This document shows, one piece after another, positions 9,520-17,882 of a stretch of DNA of 64,000 bases; position 1 is the stretch's first letter, and each line of letters opens with the position of its first letter. The stretch is from Klebsiella phage vB_KpM_FBKp24. The notes beneath the pieces are model-generated. The model was not told the origin of the DNA. It searched no databases and saw nothing but the letters and a program-made list of their open reading frames with translations. The stretch is from the sequence record MW394391.1; one strand, 5' to 3'. Made by a program: the position numbers and the translations under genes.

Positions 9520-11559
9520 ATGTCTAATGAAACACAGAAAATTAGCGAGTTGAACCCTGCTACTACGCTGACTGAACACACTCTGTTCCCCGTGGTCTCT
9601 GAACAGACGGAGACCAGTAACACAGATATCTCGACACTGCGTTCAGTCTTGTTGTTCGACAAAGCTTTCAACTCAATCGCAGAAGGTACAGATGGAACGG
9701 AGAAAGGAGAGTCTTATTTTGTTTACACGGATGCAACCAAAACCGCGGTACAGGGTTACGTCAACCAAGGTGGGGGTTCTTACACGCCACTTGTAGATAT
9801 CAATGGCGTCGCAGTCCGGTATATCTCCGGGCAGACGCTACGAGGGTTAGATTATTTTACTAACGGCGTAGATTCCTTCGCTAAGTTACGGACACTATCG
9901 CCTCTATACGCTGGGCAACGCGTAAAGTTGAAAAGTTGGGTAGCGGGTGGAAAAACAGGTGGTGGGGAATTTATCGCCGGAATCGGATCGGCGACGGATG
10001 ACAACGGCACGATTGCCGCCGGGAATGGATTCTACTGGCAACGGATTATTTCCGATCGGTTGTCTTTTGAGGATTTCGGTGCGGTCGGGGATGGTGTACT
10101 GGACGATACCAGTAACATTCAAAAAGCGGTCAACTACTGTGCTAAGAACGGCATTGCACTAACGTGTTTAGGGAAAGTCTACGCAGTCAGTACCGTAAAT
10201 TTCCCAACCGATTTAGTGATCGATATGTGTAACGCGGTACTTTTGTCGTTACCCTCTGTTACGACGGGTTATACCTTAACAATCAGCGGTTATTTGTCTC
10301 CTGCGGCTAATCCAGGAAAATTTGATAATATTCGTGTTCAGCGTACCTTAATTAATACTCATCAGCCCGACACTAACAGCGTCGTAGACGGCGTGTCATT
10401 TGGAGTTGATGCGCACAATATTTCCTTCTATAATCTCAAGGTCTCTGGGTTTAGGGACGGAGTTTGTTTTAACGGGAAAAGTGCTTATCTCATTCGTTTA
10501 TACAGCCCGATCATTGGGCAGTGTTGGCGCCGAGGGATGGCCTTTTATGCGAATACTGATTCCAATGAAAACGTGACCATTTACGGCGGCGTGATTGCGG
10601 ATTGTTGTAATTTCACTTTCGACGGTACTGGGGTCTACTTATCAGGGAGTGCCTCAAGTATTGATGTCAGGTTCTTTGGGACCAGTTTTGATTATTGCGA
10701 CATCTCAGTTGATCTTTATCAATCTAACGTCGAGCTTCACGGTTGTCACTTGGAAAACAATAATAACAACCCCCATATTCGACTTTCGTACACCTCAACC
10801 AAAAACCAACCCTATCTGATCATGAAAGGGGGAACAATGGGAGGCGGACCGAACGCGAACTCGTGGAGCGGTATTCCGATAGAAAATAGTACGGGTCGTC
10901 CTTACCTCGTCTTCATTACCAACACTGGCGGTGCCCACGTTGACATTGATGGAACTGACACCAGTAAATACATGACAGGAGTCAGGAGAACTACCGAGAT
11001 CGTAGGTGTAGAGGGCGATAACTACCAGTTGATCGGGACCTTAAGGGTGAGGAACAAAATGACCTCTGGGAACATGGATAACGCCAGTCGCCCCATGCGA
11101 CCTTGTAGTGCCCTTAACGTGATTCTGATCAACCAATATCAAACTGCCGCATGGACACCGAGTTACACTAACGCTGACCTCACTTATACGATTGATACTA
11201 CGAATTACTCTAACCCTAATTCACCGCACTCACGAAAAATTACACAAGGAAGCGTACGTAATGTCTCTTACTGGCAGGACGTGACACTGCGCGGCGGAGA
11301 TATTTTCCACGCGGAGGCCGAAATCAAAATCACATCATTGACGGCTGGTTACGTCGCGCTTAGAGTGGATTTTTACGACTCTGCCGGGAACGTAATACAA
11401 TCGTCAATCAAATCCGTATCTGCGGTGACGGCTGATTGGAATAACGTGTGGGTCTGGTTACGCGCACCAAACGGTACAGTCAAGGCAAAAGTTCAAGAGT
11501 ACTTAAACGGTTTTGTCGGAACGGCGTATTTCACCAATGAACACGTTTGGATTTCTTAA
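9520..11559 (+). CDS. Tailspike/depolymerase-like protein E (679 aa), pectate-lyase-superfamily-like body.
   Basis: MSNETQKISEL adaptor. FEDFGAVGDGVLDDTSNIQKAVNYCAKNG is a classic pectate_lyase_3 / tailspike N-cap motif. A hairpin plus TATATGACC lies upstream. Confidence 0.8.
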   Translation: MSNETQKISELNPATTLTEHTLFPVVSEQTETSNTDISTLRSVLLFDKAFNSIAEGTDGTEKGESYFVYTDATKTAVQGYVNQGGGSYTPLVDINGVAVRYISGQTLRGLDYFTNGVDSFAKLRTLSPLYAGQRVKLKSWVAGGKTGGGEFIAGIGSATDDNGTIAAGNGFYWQRIISDRLSFEDFGAVGDGVLDDTSNIQKAVNYCAKNGIALTCLGKVYAVSTVNFPTDLVIDMCNAVLLSLPSVTTGYTLTISGYLSPAANPGKFDNIRVQRTLINTHQPDTNSVVDGVSFGVDAHNISFYNLKVSGFRDGVCFNGKSAYLIRLYSPIIGQCWRRGMAFYANTDSNENVTIYGGVIADCCNFTFDGTGVYLSGSASSIDVRFFGTSFDYCDISVDLYQSNVELHGCHLENNNNNPHIRLSYTSTKNQPYLIMKGGTMGGGPNANSWSGIPIENSTGRPYLVFITNTGGAHVDIDGTDTSKYMTGVRRTTEIVGVEGDNYQLIGTLRVRNKMTSGNMDNASRPMRPCSALNVILINQYQTAAWTPSYTNADLTYTIDTTNYSNPNSPHSRKITQGSVRNVSYWQDVTLRGGDIFHAEAEIKITSLTAGYVALRVDFYDSAGNVIQSSIKSVSAVTADWNNVWVWLRAPNGTVKAKVQEYLNGFVGTAYFTNEHVWIS

Positions 11560-11572
11560 GAAGGAACTCACT

Positions 11573-11794
11573 ATGTTTCAAGTAGGCGACACCGTTCGCA
11601 TCCTTTCTTGTCAAACTCGAGAAGACTTAGTCGGGAAAGAAACGACCATCAGTGCACTGGACGCTAAACTGGAAGATTTGGCTTGGGCAGATATCTACGG
11701 AATGGATCAATATATTTCGGTGGTCATCGATACCGATGCACGATTTATTGCGGCTCAACTGGAACTCGTAGCCAGTGACATTGAAGGCTCTTAA
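11573..11794 (+). CDS. Small hypothetical protein (73 aa) between tailspikes E and F.
   Basis: The ATG at 11573 is preceded by AAGAAGGAACTCACT, which serves as an RBS. The ORF ends just before the 11801 hairpin. The track's start at 11513 overlaps the end of gene E. Confidence 0.35.
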   Translation: MFQVGDTVRILSCQTREDLVGKETTISALDAKLEDLAWADIYGMDQYISVVIDTDARFIAAQLELVASDIEGS

Positions 11795-11800
11795 GCTATA

Positions 11801-11832
11801 GGCAATGAGGGGACCTAGGTCCCCTCATTGCC
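11801..11832 (+). terminator. Hairpin GGCAATGAGGGGACC-ta-GGTCCCCTCATTGCC after tailspike E and the small ORF.
   Basis: 15-bp perfect stem followed by TTGTTTCGTATGACC. Confidence 0.65.
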
Positions 11833-11847
11833 TTGTTTCGTATGACC
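11832..11847 (+). promoter_or_regulatory. Putative late-promoter element CTTGTTTCGTATGACC upstream of tailspike F.
   Basis: Identical 12-mer to the tailspike-D element. It abuts hairpin 11801-11832. TATG lies 33 nt before the ATG. Confidence 0.45.
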
Positions 11848-11873
11848 GGTTAGCTTTCTTCAGGAAAACAAAT

Positions 11874-13868
11874 ATGTCTAATGATACTCAAAAAATTTCG
11901 GAATTAGGGAGTGCGACTAGCATCCCTGAGAACTCAATGGTCCCTATAGTGACGGCTCCTACCGAAACGAATCAGATCACTCTTTCTTCGTTGCGCTCAG
12001 TATTAAATTTCGAAAGTGCTTTTGATACTATCGAATTAGGATTGGCCGGAACAAAAAAGAACGAACCCTTCTTCGTTTACACTGATGATACGCGGTCGTT
12101 TGTTAACGGGTATATCAACCAAGGAGGTGACACTTTTGCATCGCTTCTCGATAAGGACGGTAAGCAAATCAATAATGTTGTTTACAGTAAAATCATTGGG
12201 AGCGTTTATCGTGGATTTGTTACCGGGCTCTGTCAGAACGCTGGGTTTGCAAACGATAACATTGTCGTCTTAAAGAAAGGGTTAGTGCTCTCGGGAATCA
12301 TGGTAGTCATCGACACTACTTCGCTCCGTTTTTATTTCAGCAACAATTCGACACTCACTGTTGACCATTGGACGCAGAGCGGCGATGACCTTGTGGCGAC
12401 GGATTCCTCAGGGAATAACGTTATACTAGTAGACGGTTGGTCACAGTTATTAACGGGCGGTACTCTCCCTGTTGACGTAAGAAGCGAGACTATTGATTTC
12501 TGGGAAAGAATTAAAACCAACGGGCAATTTGATCTGACAGCTAGGCCAAACGACCCGAAAGGAATTGCAGGTATCGTTTTTGGCGGTAAGAATAACAAAG
12601 GTGCGTTGGTTATTGACCAGCGAGGTCGTCTCCAAACCTATGCGATTAAAAATGGTGTCATGTCGGCGGCCAGAATGGCCATCCCTGTAACGGAACCTTA
12701 CGGTTATGGCACCGGGTCACGGTTAGGAAGTATCACTCGCTTCCCGGTCAGTGGCGCGGAAGACGATAGTCTCTCTTCTTCTATTATTTTTCTACCTCAA
12801 GCAGATGGATCGGCGAAAGCATATTTGGCGGGGCCAGGACTATATACAAACTTTGCTGCGCCTTTTCCTGATGCCGTAAAACGCGTAGCTAAAGAGATTG
12901 TTACAGCCGACCTTTTACCAAGTGCTTTATTGAATTCTTCTACAAACCCAACCGATTGGCTCAGCACAGAGTCTTGGGTTAAATTAGTGACGGTCAATGA
13001 CAATATTCAGGGTTCAGTATTCAGCGGTATTTATTCCGGTGGGGCGGGTTTATCAGAAGCTGTATGTGCTTACTTGATTGAGTTCCAATCGAAACCGTCG
13101 AACGTGACCACGGTCAACGCAAACACACTGCGCTACTACCTTAGAATTACGTCGCTCCGTTCTCGGGGAGATCTGCGTTACAACTCAGGAACGGTACGTT
13201 TTGGGGTGGTGCGAGATGCTACGGCTAATACTTCGACACTTTATGCGCGCTTAGCGGTTCGTTCTGAGAACTCTTCCCTTATCCCTTTGCGCGCTGATCC
13301 GCCTGGTTCCGATGGCGTCGCGAAAGTAACCATCAATACTGTATTAAACAGCTATGTTACGGTTGAGCCAGCCGGGATCGTATATCTTCCCGTTACGGAG
13401 TCGCTGACTACCAACGTCGCTGTTCAGCTCAATAATGGGACGTATGCTCAGACACGCGGAGCGGTGATTCGATTGACGAATAATCTTTCAGCCAACACCC
13501 GAGGATCCTTCGTTACCTCGGGGGAATTCGCCGCAAACGATACTTTATCTGCTATCAACCGGGGCTACGCCGGGCTAGGAGCAGTGACGGCTGCCCGAGT
13601 ATCAACAGGGAAATATACGATCACAGGAGCCTCTACAGGAACTTCCTCGGTTTCTTGGAAAATTACGTCACCATTTGGATCGTTTGGCTCCGGTATTCAG
13701 AATTTGGTGGCGGTAATCGAATCAGATGTTTCTAATGTCATTACCGTAGGCGTGAGAAAAATTCTTTATACCGCGGATACTACTACAGGCGCGGTCACGA
13801 CATCATTAGGGGATTATGTTGACATCCCAGTTGACACTTGGATCGATATTCATACTACGCTCAACTGA
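11874..13868 (+). CDS. Tailspike/depolymerase-like protein F (664 aa from the corrected start).
   Basis: MSNDTQKISELGSATSIPE...LRSVLNFESAF...FFVYTDD adaptor. The track's start at 11805 lies inside the terminator hairpin. The true ATG at 11874 sits 33 nt after TATGACC. Confidence 0.75.
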   Translation: MSNDTQKISELGSATSIPENSMVPIVTAPTETNQITLSSLRSVLNFESAFDTIELGLAGTKKNEPFFVYTDDTRSFVNGYINQGGDTFASLLDKDGKQINNVVYSKIIGSVYRGFVTGLCQNAGFANDNIVVLKKGLVLSGIMVVIDTTSLRFYFSNNSTLTVDHWTQSGDDLVATDSSGNNVILVDGWSQLLTGGTLPVDVRSETIDFWERIKTNGQFDLTARPNDPKGIAGIVFGGKNNKGALVIDQRGRLQTYAIKNGVMSAARMAIPVTEPYGYGTGSRLGSITRFPVSGAEDDSLSSSIIFLPQADGSAKAYLAGPGLYTNFAAPFPDAVKRVAKEIVTADLLPSALLNSSTNPTDWLSTESWVKLVTVNDNIQGSVFSGIYSGGAGLSEAVCAYLIEFQSKPSNVTTVNANTLRYYLRITSLRSRGDLRYNSGTVRFGVVRDATANTSTLYARLAVRSENSSLIPLRADPPGSDGVAKVTINTVLNSYVTVEPAGIVYLPVTESLTTNVAVQLNNGTYAQTRGAVIRLTNNLSANTRGSFVTSGEFAANDTLSAINRGYAGLGAVTAARVSTGKYTITGASTGTSSVSWKITSPFGSFGSGIQNLVAVIESDVSNVITVGVRKILYTADTTTGAVTTSLGDYVDIPVDTWIDIHTTLN

Positions 13869-13879
13869 TTGAGGTTTAA

Positions 13880-15541
13880 ATGAACTATTATTACATTGAT
13901 TCTTCCGCTACAGTTAACGGCGTTGGGACAAAAGGTAACCCCTTTAATTCGATTCAGTCAGCCATTGACGCCAACTTAACTCATCCTCTAACACTATACC
14001 TTAAAGCAGGTCAAACCTACGAACTAGCGTATTATAATCGTACCACTGCCAGTTTCTTTAACAATAAAACAGGCGTCCAGTCCGTCATTACTCGATACGG
14101 TACTGGTGCCAAGCCAATTCTCACCAGTAATAACGATACAATTATCATTGATGCGTACGCGTGCCAGATAAAATTTGAGAATATTCGCATTTCCCCAAAA
14201 CCAGGGTCAGAAAGAACCGCCATCTATCTTAACCTGATCCCGATAGGCGATAGTGCCAATAACAACATTTGTAACTTAACGCTAAACAAGGTTGATTTTA
14301 TTGGCACCCCTGAATCAATAGGGGGGATGAACGGGATTAACCGCGTGTTCTGTTTAAACAGTTTGGTCGATTATGCCGGTCTCAGTAATATTGCGCATAA
14401 ACTCTTAATCAGTAACTGTACATTTGACAACGTTAACGCTGGCGTTCAGTTGAGAGGTAACCCTGATCTCTCAGACAAAACGACCTATCACGGTGACCAG
14501 AAGAAAAGTTATGGTTTTAGAGTGATTAATTGCTCGTTTACGAATATCATTAACTCGGCGGTGTTCATCGGGTGGGCGGCAAGTAAAAATCAATCGAGAG
14601 ATGTCATTGGTGATGATATGGCGACAGGTGTAGACGGTTTGTACTATTCCAGTTACCGTTACAACGTCTACAATACATCAACGGGTGCGTCTCAAGCAGA
14701 CGTCCCAGTCTGGTTCTCTGGAACGCGTTATCTGACATTACAGAATTTCGAAATTCATGGCGCCGGCCCGGCTTACCCCGACCGTCAAACCATTGACTTT
14801 GATTATCATTGTCACTATTGCGTGGCGCGTTACGGGTACACCTCAAACAACGCACGTGGTTCAATGATTATCCAAGGACCTTTCAGTAACAGCTGGTACA
14901 GTTCTAAAGGATACACACCATTGTCCAATGATGCGTATACTTTGTACTATACGCTTGGTTTTGGGTCGATTGGCAACGTCATTGAATACGTTATTTCTTT
15001 CAACGACGGGGTAGGGAGAACGACCAGTACTGCTGATAAATATTGGCAGAAAACTTCTGCGTTCCGATACGTTTATGATAACGTAGTGCGTAACTGTGTC
15101 TTTATTGATACCGTGACCACGGCGAACGATAACGTGATTGCCATTAACCCACAGACAGACGACAGTTTAACTGCGCTGAGCCTGACTTTGGACAGTAACA
15201 TTTTCTACTATGCTAACAAGACCGCCACGGAATTAGTCACTCCTGCTTCGATGACTAACTTCCCGACCATGATGTCTAAATTCAAATTGAAAAATAATAT
15301 TTTCTTTTCTGAAAAATGGGCAGGTGCAACGCCGACTTCAACGGGACTGATCGAAGAAGGGAATCTCTTTACTAACCCTGCTTTTTTACAAGGGTTGTCG
15401 AACAGTTCTTTTGCGGGCTTGAAAGAAGCGTTGTTGGCTATCAAATTGAAAATGACTAGTCCTTGTATTGGGAGTGGCTCATCAAACAATAACCCAGACT
15501 TTATCGGTAAAGTTGGGAACAACATCGGATCAATTCAATAA
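13880..15541 (+). CDS. Beta-helix (pectin-lyase-fold-like) protein with no adaptor domain (553 aa). Possibly a free or piggy-backed depolymerase.
   Basis: The N-terminus YYIDSSATVNGVGTKGNPFNSIQSAIDA...LYLKAGQTYEL is typical of right-handed beta-helix proteins. It starts 12 nt after gene F, so it is probably co-transcribed. A bidirectional terminator lies downstream. Confidence 0.55.
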   Translation: MNYYYIDSSATVNGVGTKGNPFNSIQSAIDANLTHPLTLYLKAGQTYELAYYNRTTASFFNNKTGVQSVITRYGTGAKPILTSNNDTIIIDAYACQIKFENIRISPKPGSERTAIYLNLIPIGDSANNNICNLTLNKVDFIGTPESIGGMNGINRVFCLNSLVDYAGLSNIAHKLLISNCTFDNVNAGVQLRGNPDLSDKTTYHGDQKKSYGFRVINCSFTNIINSAVFIGWAASKNQSRDVIGDDMATGVDGLYYSSYRYNVYNTSTGASQADVPVWFSGTRYLTLQNFEIHGAGPAYPDRQTIDFDYHCHYCVARYGYTSNNARGSMIIQGPFSNSWYSSKGYTPLSNDAYTLYYTLGFGSIGNVIEYVISFNDGVGRTTSTADKYWQKTSAFRYVYDNVVRNCVFIDTVTTANDNVIAINPQTDDSLTALSLTLDSNIFYYANKTATELVTPASMTNFPTMMSKFKLKNNIFFSEKWAGATPTSTGLIEEGNLFTNPAFLQGLSNSSFAGLKEALLAIKLKMTSPCIGSGSSNNNPDFIGKVGNNIGSIQ

Positions 15542-15551
15542 CGCACCAAAC

Positions 15552-15583
15552 ACAGACAGAGGGGCATGAGCCCCTCTGTCTGT
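15552..15583. terminator. Bidirectional terminator ACAGACAGAGGGG-catgag-CCCCTCTGTCTGT between convergent genes.
   Basis: 13-bp stem between the plus-strand 553-aa gene and the minus-strand 203-aa gene. T tracts follow on both strands. Confidence 0.7.
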
Positions 15584-15592
15584 TTATATCTT

Positions 15593-16204
15593 TTATTCGT
15601 CGGCTTGTTCAACCAGAATGAATTTGCTGTCTTCGGTATTAATCGCTTTACCGCTCTCAGTAAGCAGTGAACCGCGAGGAATTTTGCTACCGCCACTACA
15701 GGTAACATCCAGATTACCAGACCAAACATGGCTGTTATAAGTTGTACCGGCTTTAGTCTGAATCGTCACCACCGCCGTTTCACCGGTCGGAATGAACGGT
15801 AAATAATCTGACGCATTAGCGATATCTTCAACGTCGATGTACAGGCTGTATTTTGCCTTGATCAGCGGTAAAAGATCCGCAATCGTCGACGCGGTCTCTG
15901 GTAGCACAAGAGTCGGGCCGACGGATGACATCAGTTTGTTCAGTTCGATGCGAGTGTAGGTAAAGGTCTTGCTACCCGTCACCGGGGAACGGCCTGTAAC
16001 GAGTACAGAGATACGATCTTCGGTACCCGGTACAGTTGAACCGGTGATGTTACCGAAGCTCAGATAACTCGCGTTAAGCGGCGTGGTGAGGTTATTCTGC
16101 TGACTGATCAGATCAGCGAGAATCTCAAATTTGGGACGACCGAATAAATCGACGTACATGGGGTATACTCCATCTGATAATTGTAAGCTTACACAATAAT
16201 GCAC
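15593..16204 (-). CDS. Hypothetical protein (203 aa). An alternative start at 16159 is possible.
   Basis: Long ORF convergent with the tailspike block. An internal ATG has a GGAG RBS. Confidence 0.5.
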   Translation of the reverse strand: MHYCVSLQLSDGVYPMYVDLFGRPKFEILADLISQQNNLTTPLNASYLSFGNITGSTVPGTEDRISVLVTGRSPVTGSKTFTYTRIELNKLMSSVGPTLVLPETASTIADLLPLIKAKYSLYIDVEDIANASDYLPFIPTGETAVVTIQTKAGTTYNSHVWSGNLDVTCSGGSKIPRGSLLTESGKAINTEDSKFILVEQADE

Positions 16205-16209
16205 GCTGC

Positions 16210-16596
16210 CTACCAGACAGGTTCCCCACGATCAATGAAACGAATCCTCTCTTTCTTACAGAGTTTCGCTAGAATATCCTTGAGTAAGTGGCGGTGACAA
16301 AAACAATCGTGTCCGCAATAACAAGCCAAACAAATACGCCCTTGGTTGATCAACCATATCCAGGGTTCAGGATCTCTCTTAAATCGTTCGCGAGTTAATT
16401 TATAGTATATCTCGACGTATTCCGCTTGATTCACAATTCCTTGTTTATACGGCCAGAGGAGTTCGGGTGTTGGGGCAAATATTTTCTCACCTGACTTTAG
16501 CGTGGTGTCAACAAATAAAATATCTAATCCTTCCCATTTCCGCCAATCAGGGATTCTCCCAGTCCAAACCTCTAGCTGTTTAAAATCATGAAACAT
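16210..16596 (-). CDS. Small Cys/His-rich protein, DUF4326-like (128 aa from the ATG at 16596).
   Basis: The C-terminal pattern LACYCGHDCFCHRHLLKDIL resembles the DUF4326 signature L.CwC....CH...L. GGAGG lies 5 nt upstream of the ATG at 16596. The track's start at 16617 is a TTG. Confidence 0.45.
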   Translation of the reverse strand: MFHDFKQLEVWTGRIPDWRKWEGLDILFVDTTLKSGEKIFAPTPELLWPYKQGIVNQAEYVEIYYKLTRERFKRDPEPWIWLINQGRICLACYCGHDCFCHRHLLKDILAKLCKKERIRFIDRGEPVW

Positions 16597-16659
16597 TTTT
16601 CCTCCAAATTGAAGCAAAAAAAAAACAGTTTACGGATCCTTTTCCCTAGACCCGAAGGT

Positions 16660-17184
16660 CTAGGAATTGTTGATATCAAGCCACAAAAGAAAACGTTTGA
16701 TTTTTTTATCAGCGTTATGATCAAGCGGGTAATCGTCCTTGTAGGTATCGCTGAGTCTAACCTCGAAGAAATCAGGGTCTCTACCTAGCGGATAAAGGAA
16801 ATGTAAAACATACCGCTGTTTGCCATAAGCATCAAGAAACGTCCAGAGCGCAAATCGTTGGAAAGGGTATTCAGTCACCGTCAATTGTAATTTATCAAGT
16901 AGGCGATAGAGTTCCTTAATCCCAATATCTAAGGCTTCGATGGAGATTACTTGAATGGGGACTTCTAATTGAGACGAAAACTTAAACCCTCTGGTTCGAT
17001 ATTCTTTAATCGGCATGTTTAAATAATCTTTGAGTAATTTCCTGGCGTGTCTCTTATACCAGATATCAGGATGCCACTGACTTGGATCACTCATGAGTTT
17101 ACCGAATTCAAGGTGTTCTATTTCATAAGCCGCGAGTTTTTCTACTGCGATAAAAAACTCTTTCTTGCTGACACTGAGTCGCAT
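16660..17184 (-). CDS. Hypothetical protein (174 aa).
   Basis: ORF with an AAGGAGAG RBS. Confidence 0.5.
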   Translation of the reverse strand: MRLSVSKKEFFIAVEKLAAYEIEHLEFGKLMSDPSQWHPDIWYKRHARKLLKDYLNMPIKEYRTRGFKFSSQLEVPIQVISIEALDIGIKELYRLLDKLQLTVTEYPFQRFALWTFLDAYGKQRYVLHFLYPLGRDPDFFEVRLSDTYKDDYPLDHNADKKIKRFLLWLDINNS

Positions 17185-17207
17185 TGACGCTCTCCTTAAA
17201 ATAAAAA

Positions 17208-17231
17208 AGGAGAGGAGCCAATGCCCCTCTC
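17208..17231 (-). terminator. Imperfect hairpin GAGAGGAGC-caat-GCCCCTCTC.
   Basis: One mismatch in the stem. It lies between the 186-aa and 174-aa minus-strand genes. Confidence 0.4.
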
Positions 17232-17238
17232 ACTGTAT

Positions 17239-17799
17239 TTACGCCCGCAGGCTCTTAGCCCATTCATCATTGATACCGGCAGCCTGCGCCGTTTTACGGT
17301 TGACGTATTCGGTCATATCCGGATCGTGACGAGTCACGAGGAAATGAAGCGCACGAATACCACCCAACCAGAAGTCAGTGTCCAGGAATTTATATTCACA
17401 CGCCGGGTGAATAACAACGAATTCCCAGCACTCGTGCTCGTCGCCTTCAGCGGTGGTGATATTACGGTATTGAACTTGACCGCTGACGTCGTTCAAATAA
17501 CGCTCTACGGCTACTTGCGATAAGGCATGGCCAGTGGGCACTTCAAAACCCAGGCCGAGGAACAGCGAATGCGTCAGGCTCATTTTGGCGATACGGTCGA
17601 CGTACTCTTCATGCAGCTCCAGGATCTTTTCTTTCGGCAGAGGCGCTTCGCCGTCTTTCATAGTTTCCGGATAGGTAGCGTCCACCGGAACGAAGTCCTC
17701 ATTCTTGAAATCATTCAGGAGCTCTTGACTTACTTCTGCACCAATACTTTTTGCCGCGGCGACTGCTTCGTTTACAATGGTGTTTTCCATGCTACTCAA
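17239..17799 (-). CDS. Hypothetical protein (186 aa) in the GC-richer island.
   Basis: ORF with visibly higher G+C and CTG/CGT/GGC-type codons than the flanking genes. Confidence 0.55.
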   Translation of the reverse strand: MSSMENTIVNEAVAAAKSIGAEVSQELLNDFKNEDFVPVDATYPETMKDGEAPLPKEKILELHEEYVDRIAKMSLTHSLFLGLGFEVPTGHALSQVAVERYLNDVSGQVQYRNITTAEGDEHECWEFVVIHPACEYKFLDTDFWLGGIRALHFLVTRHDPDMTEYVNRKTAQAAGINDEWAKSLRA

Positions 17800-17820
17800 T
17801 ACCTAATTTTGATAAAAGAA

Positions 17821-17844
17821 AAAAGCGGGGAAATCCCCGCTTTT
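17821..17844 (-). terminator. Hairpin AAAAGCGGGG-aaat-CCCCGCTTTT, with a stem sequence different from the main hairpin family.
   Basis: It follows the 153-aa GC-rich gene. On the minus strand it is followed by TTTTTTCTTTT. Confidence 0.6.
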
Positions 17845-17882
17845 GTTTTACGGTTACTTAAGAATACTGCGTCGATTATTTA

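Noticed and set aside
9393-9671. A 92-aa minus-strand ORF spanning the junction between tailspikes D and E.
   Set aside because: It crosses the terminator hairpin and promoter cassette, and lies antisense to two strong genes.
1-15541. Considered an Ackermannviridae (Vi1/CBA120-like) assignment, based on four or more tailspikes.
   Set aside because: The window also carries a split multisubunit RNAP and a gp181-like giant SLT protein. Those features point to a phiKZ-like jumbo phage instead. The adaptor motif was not recognisable as the Ackermannviridae TSP N-terminus.
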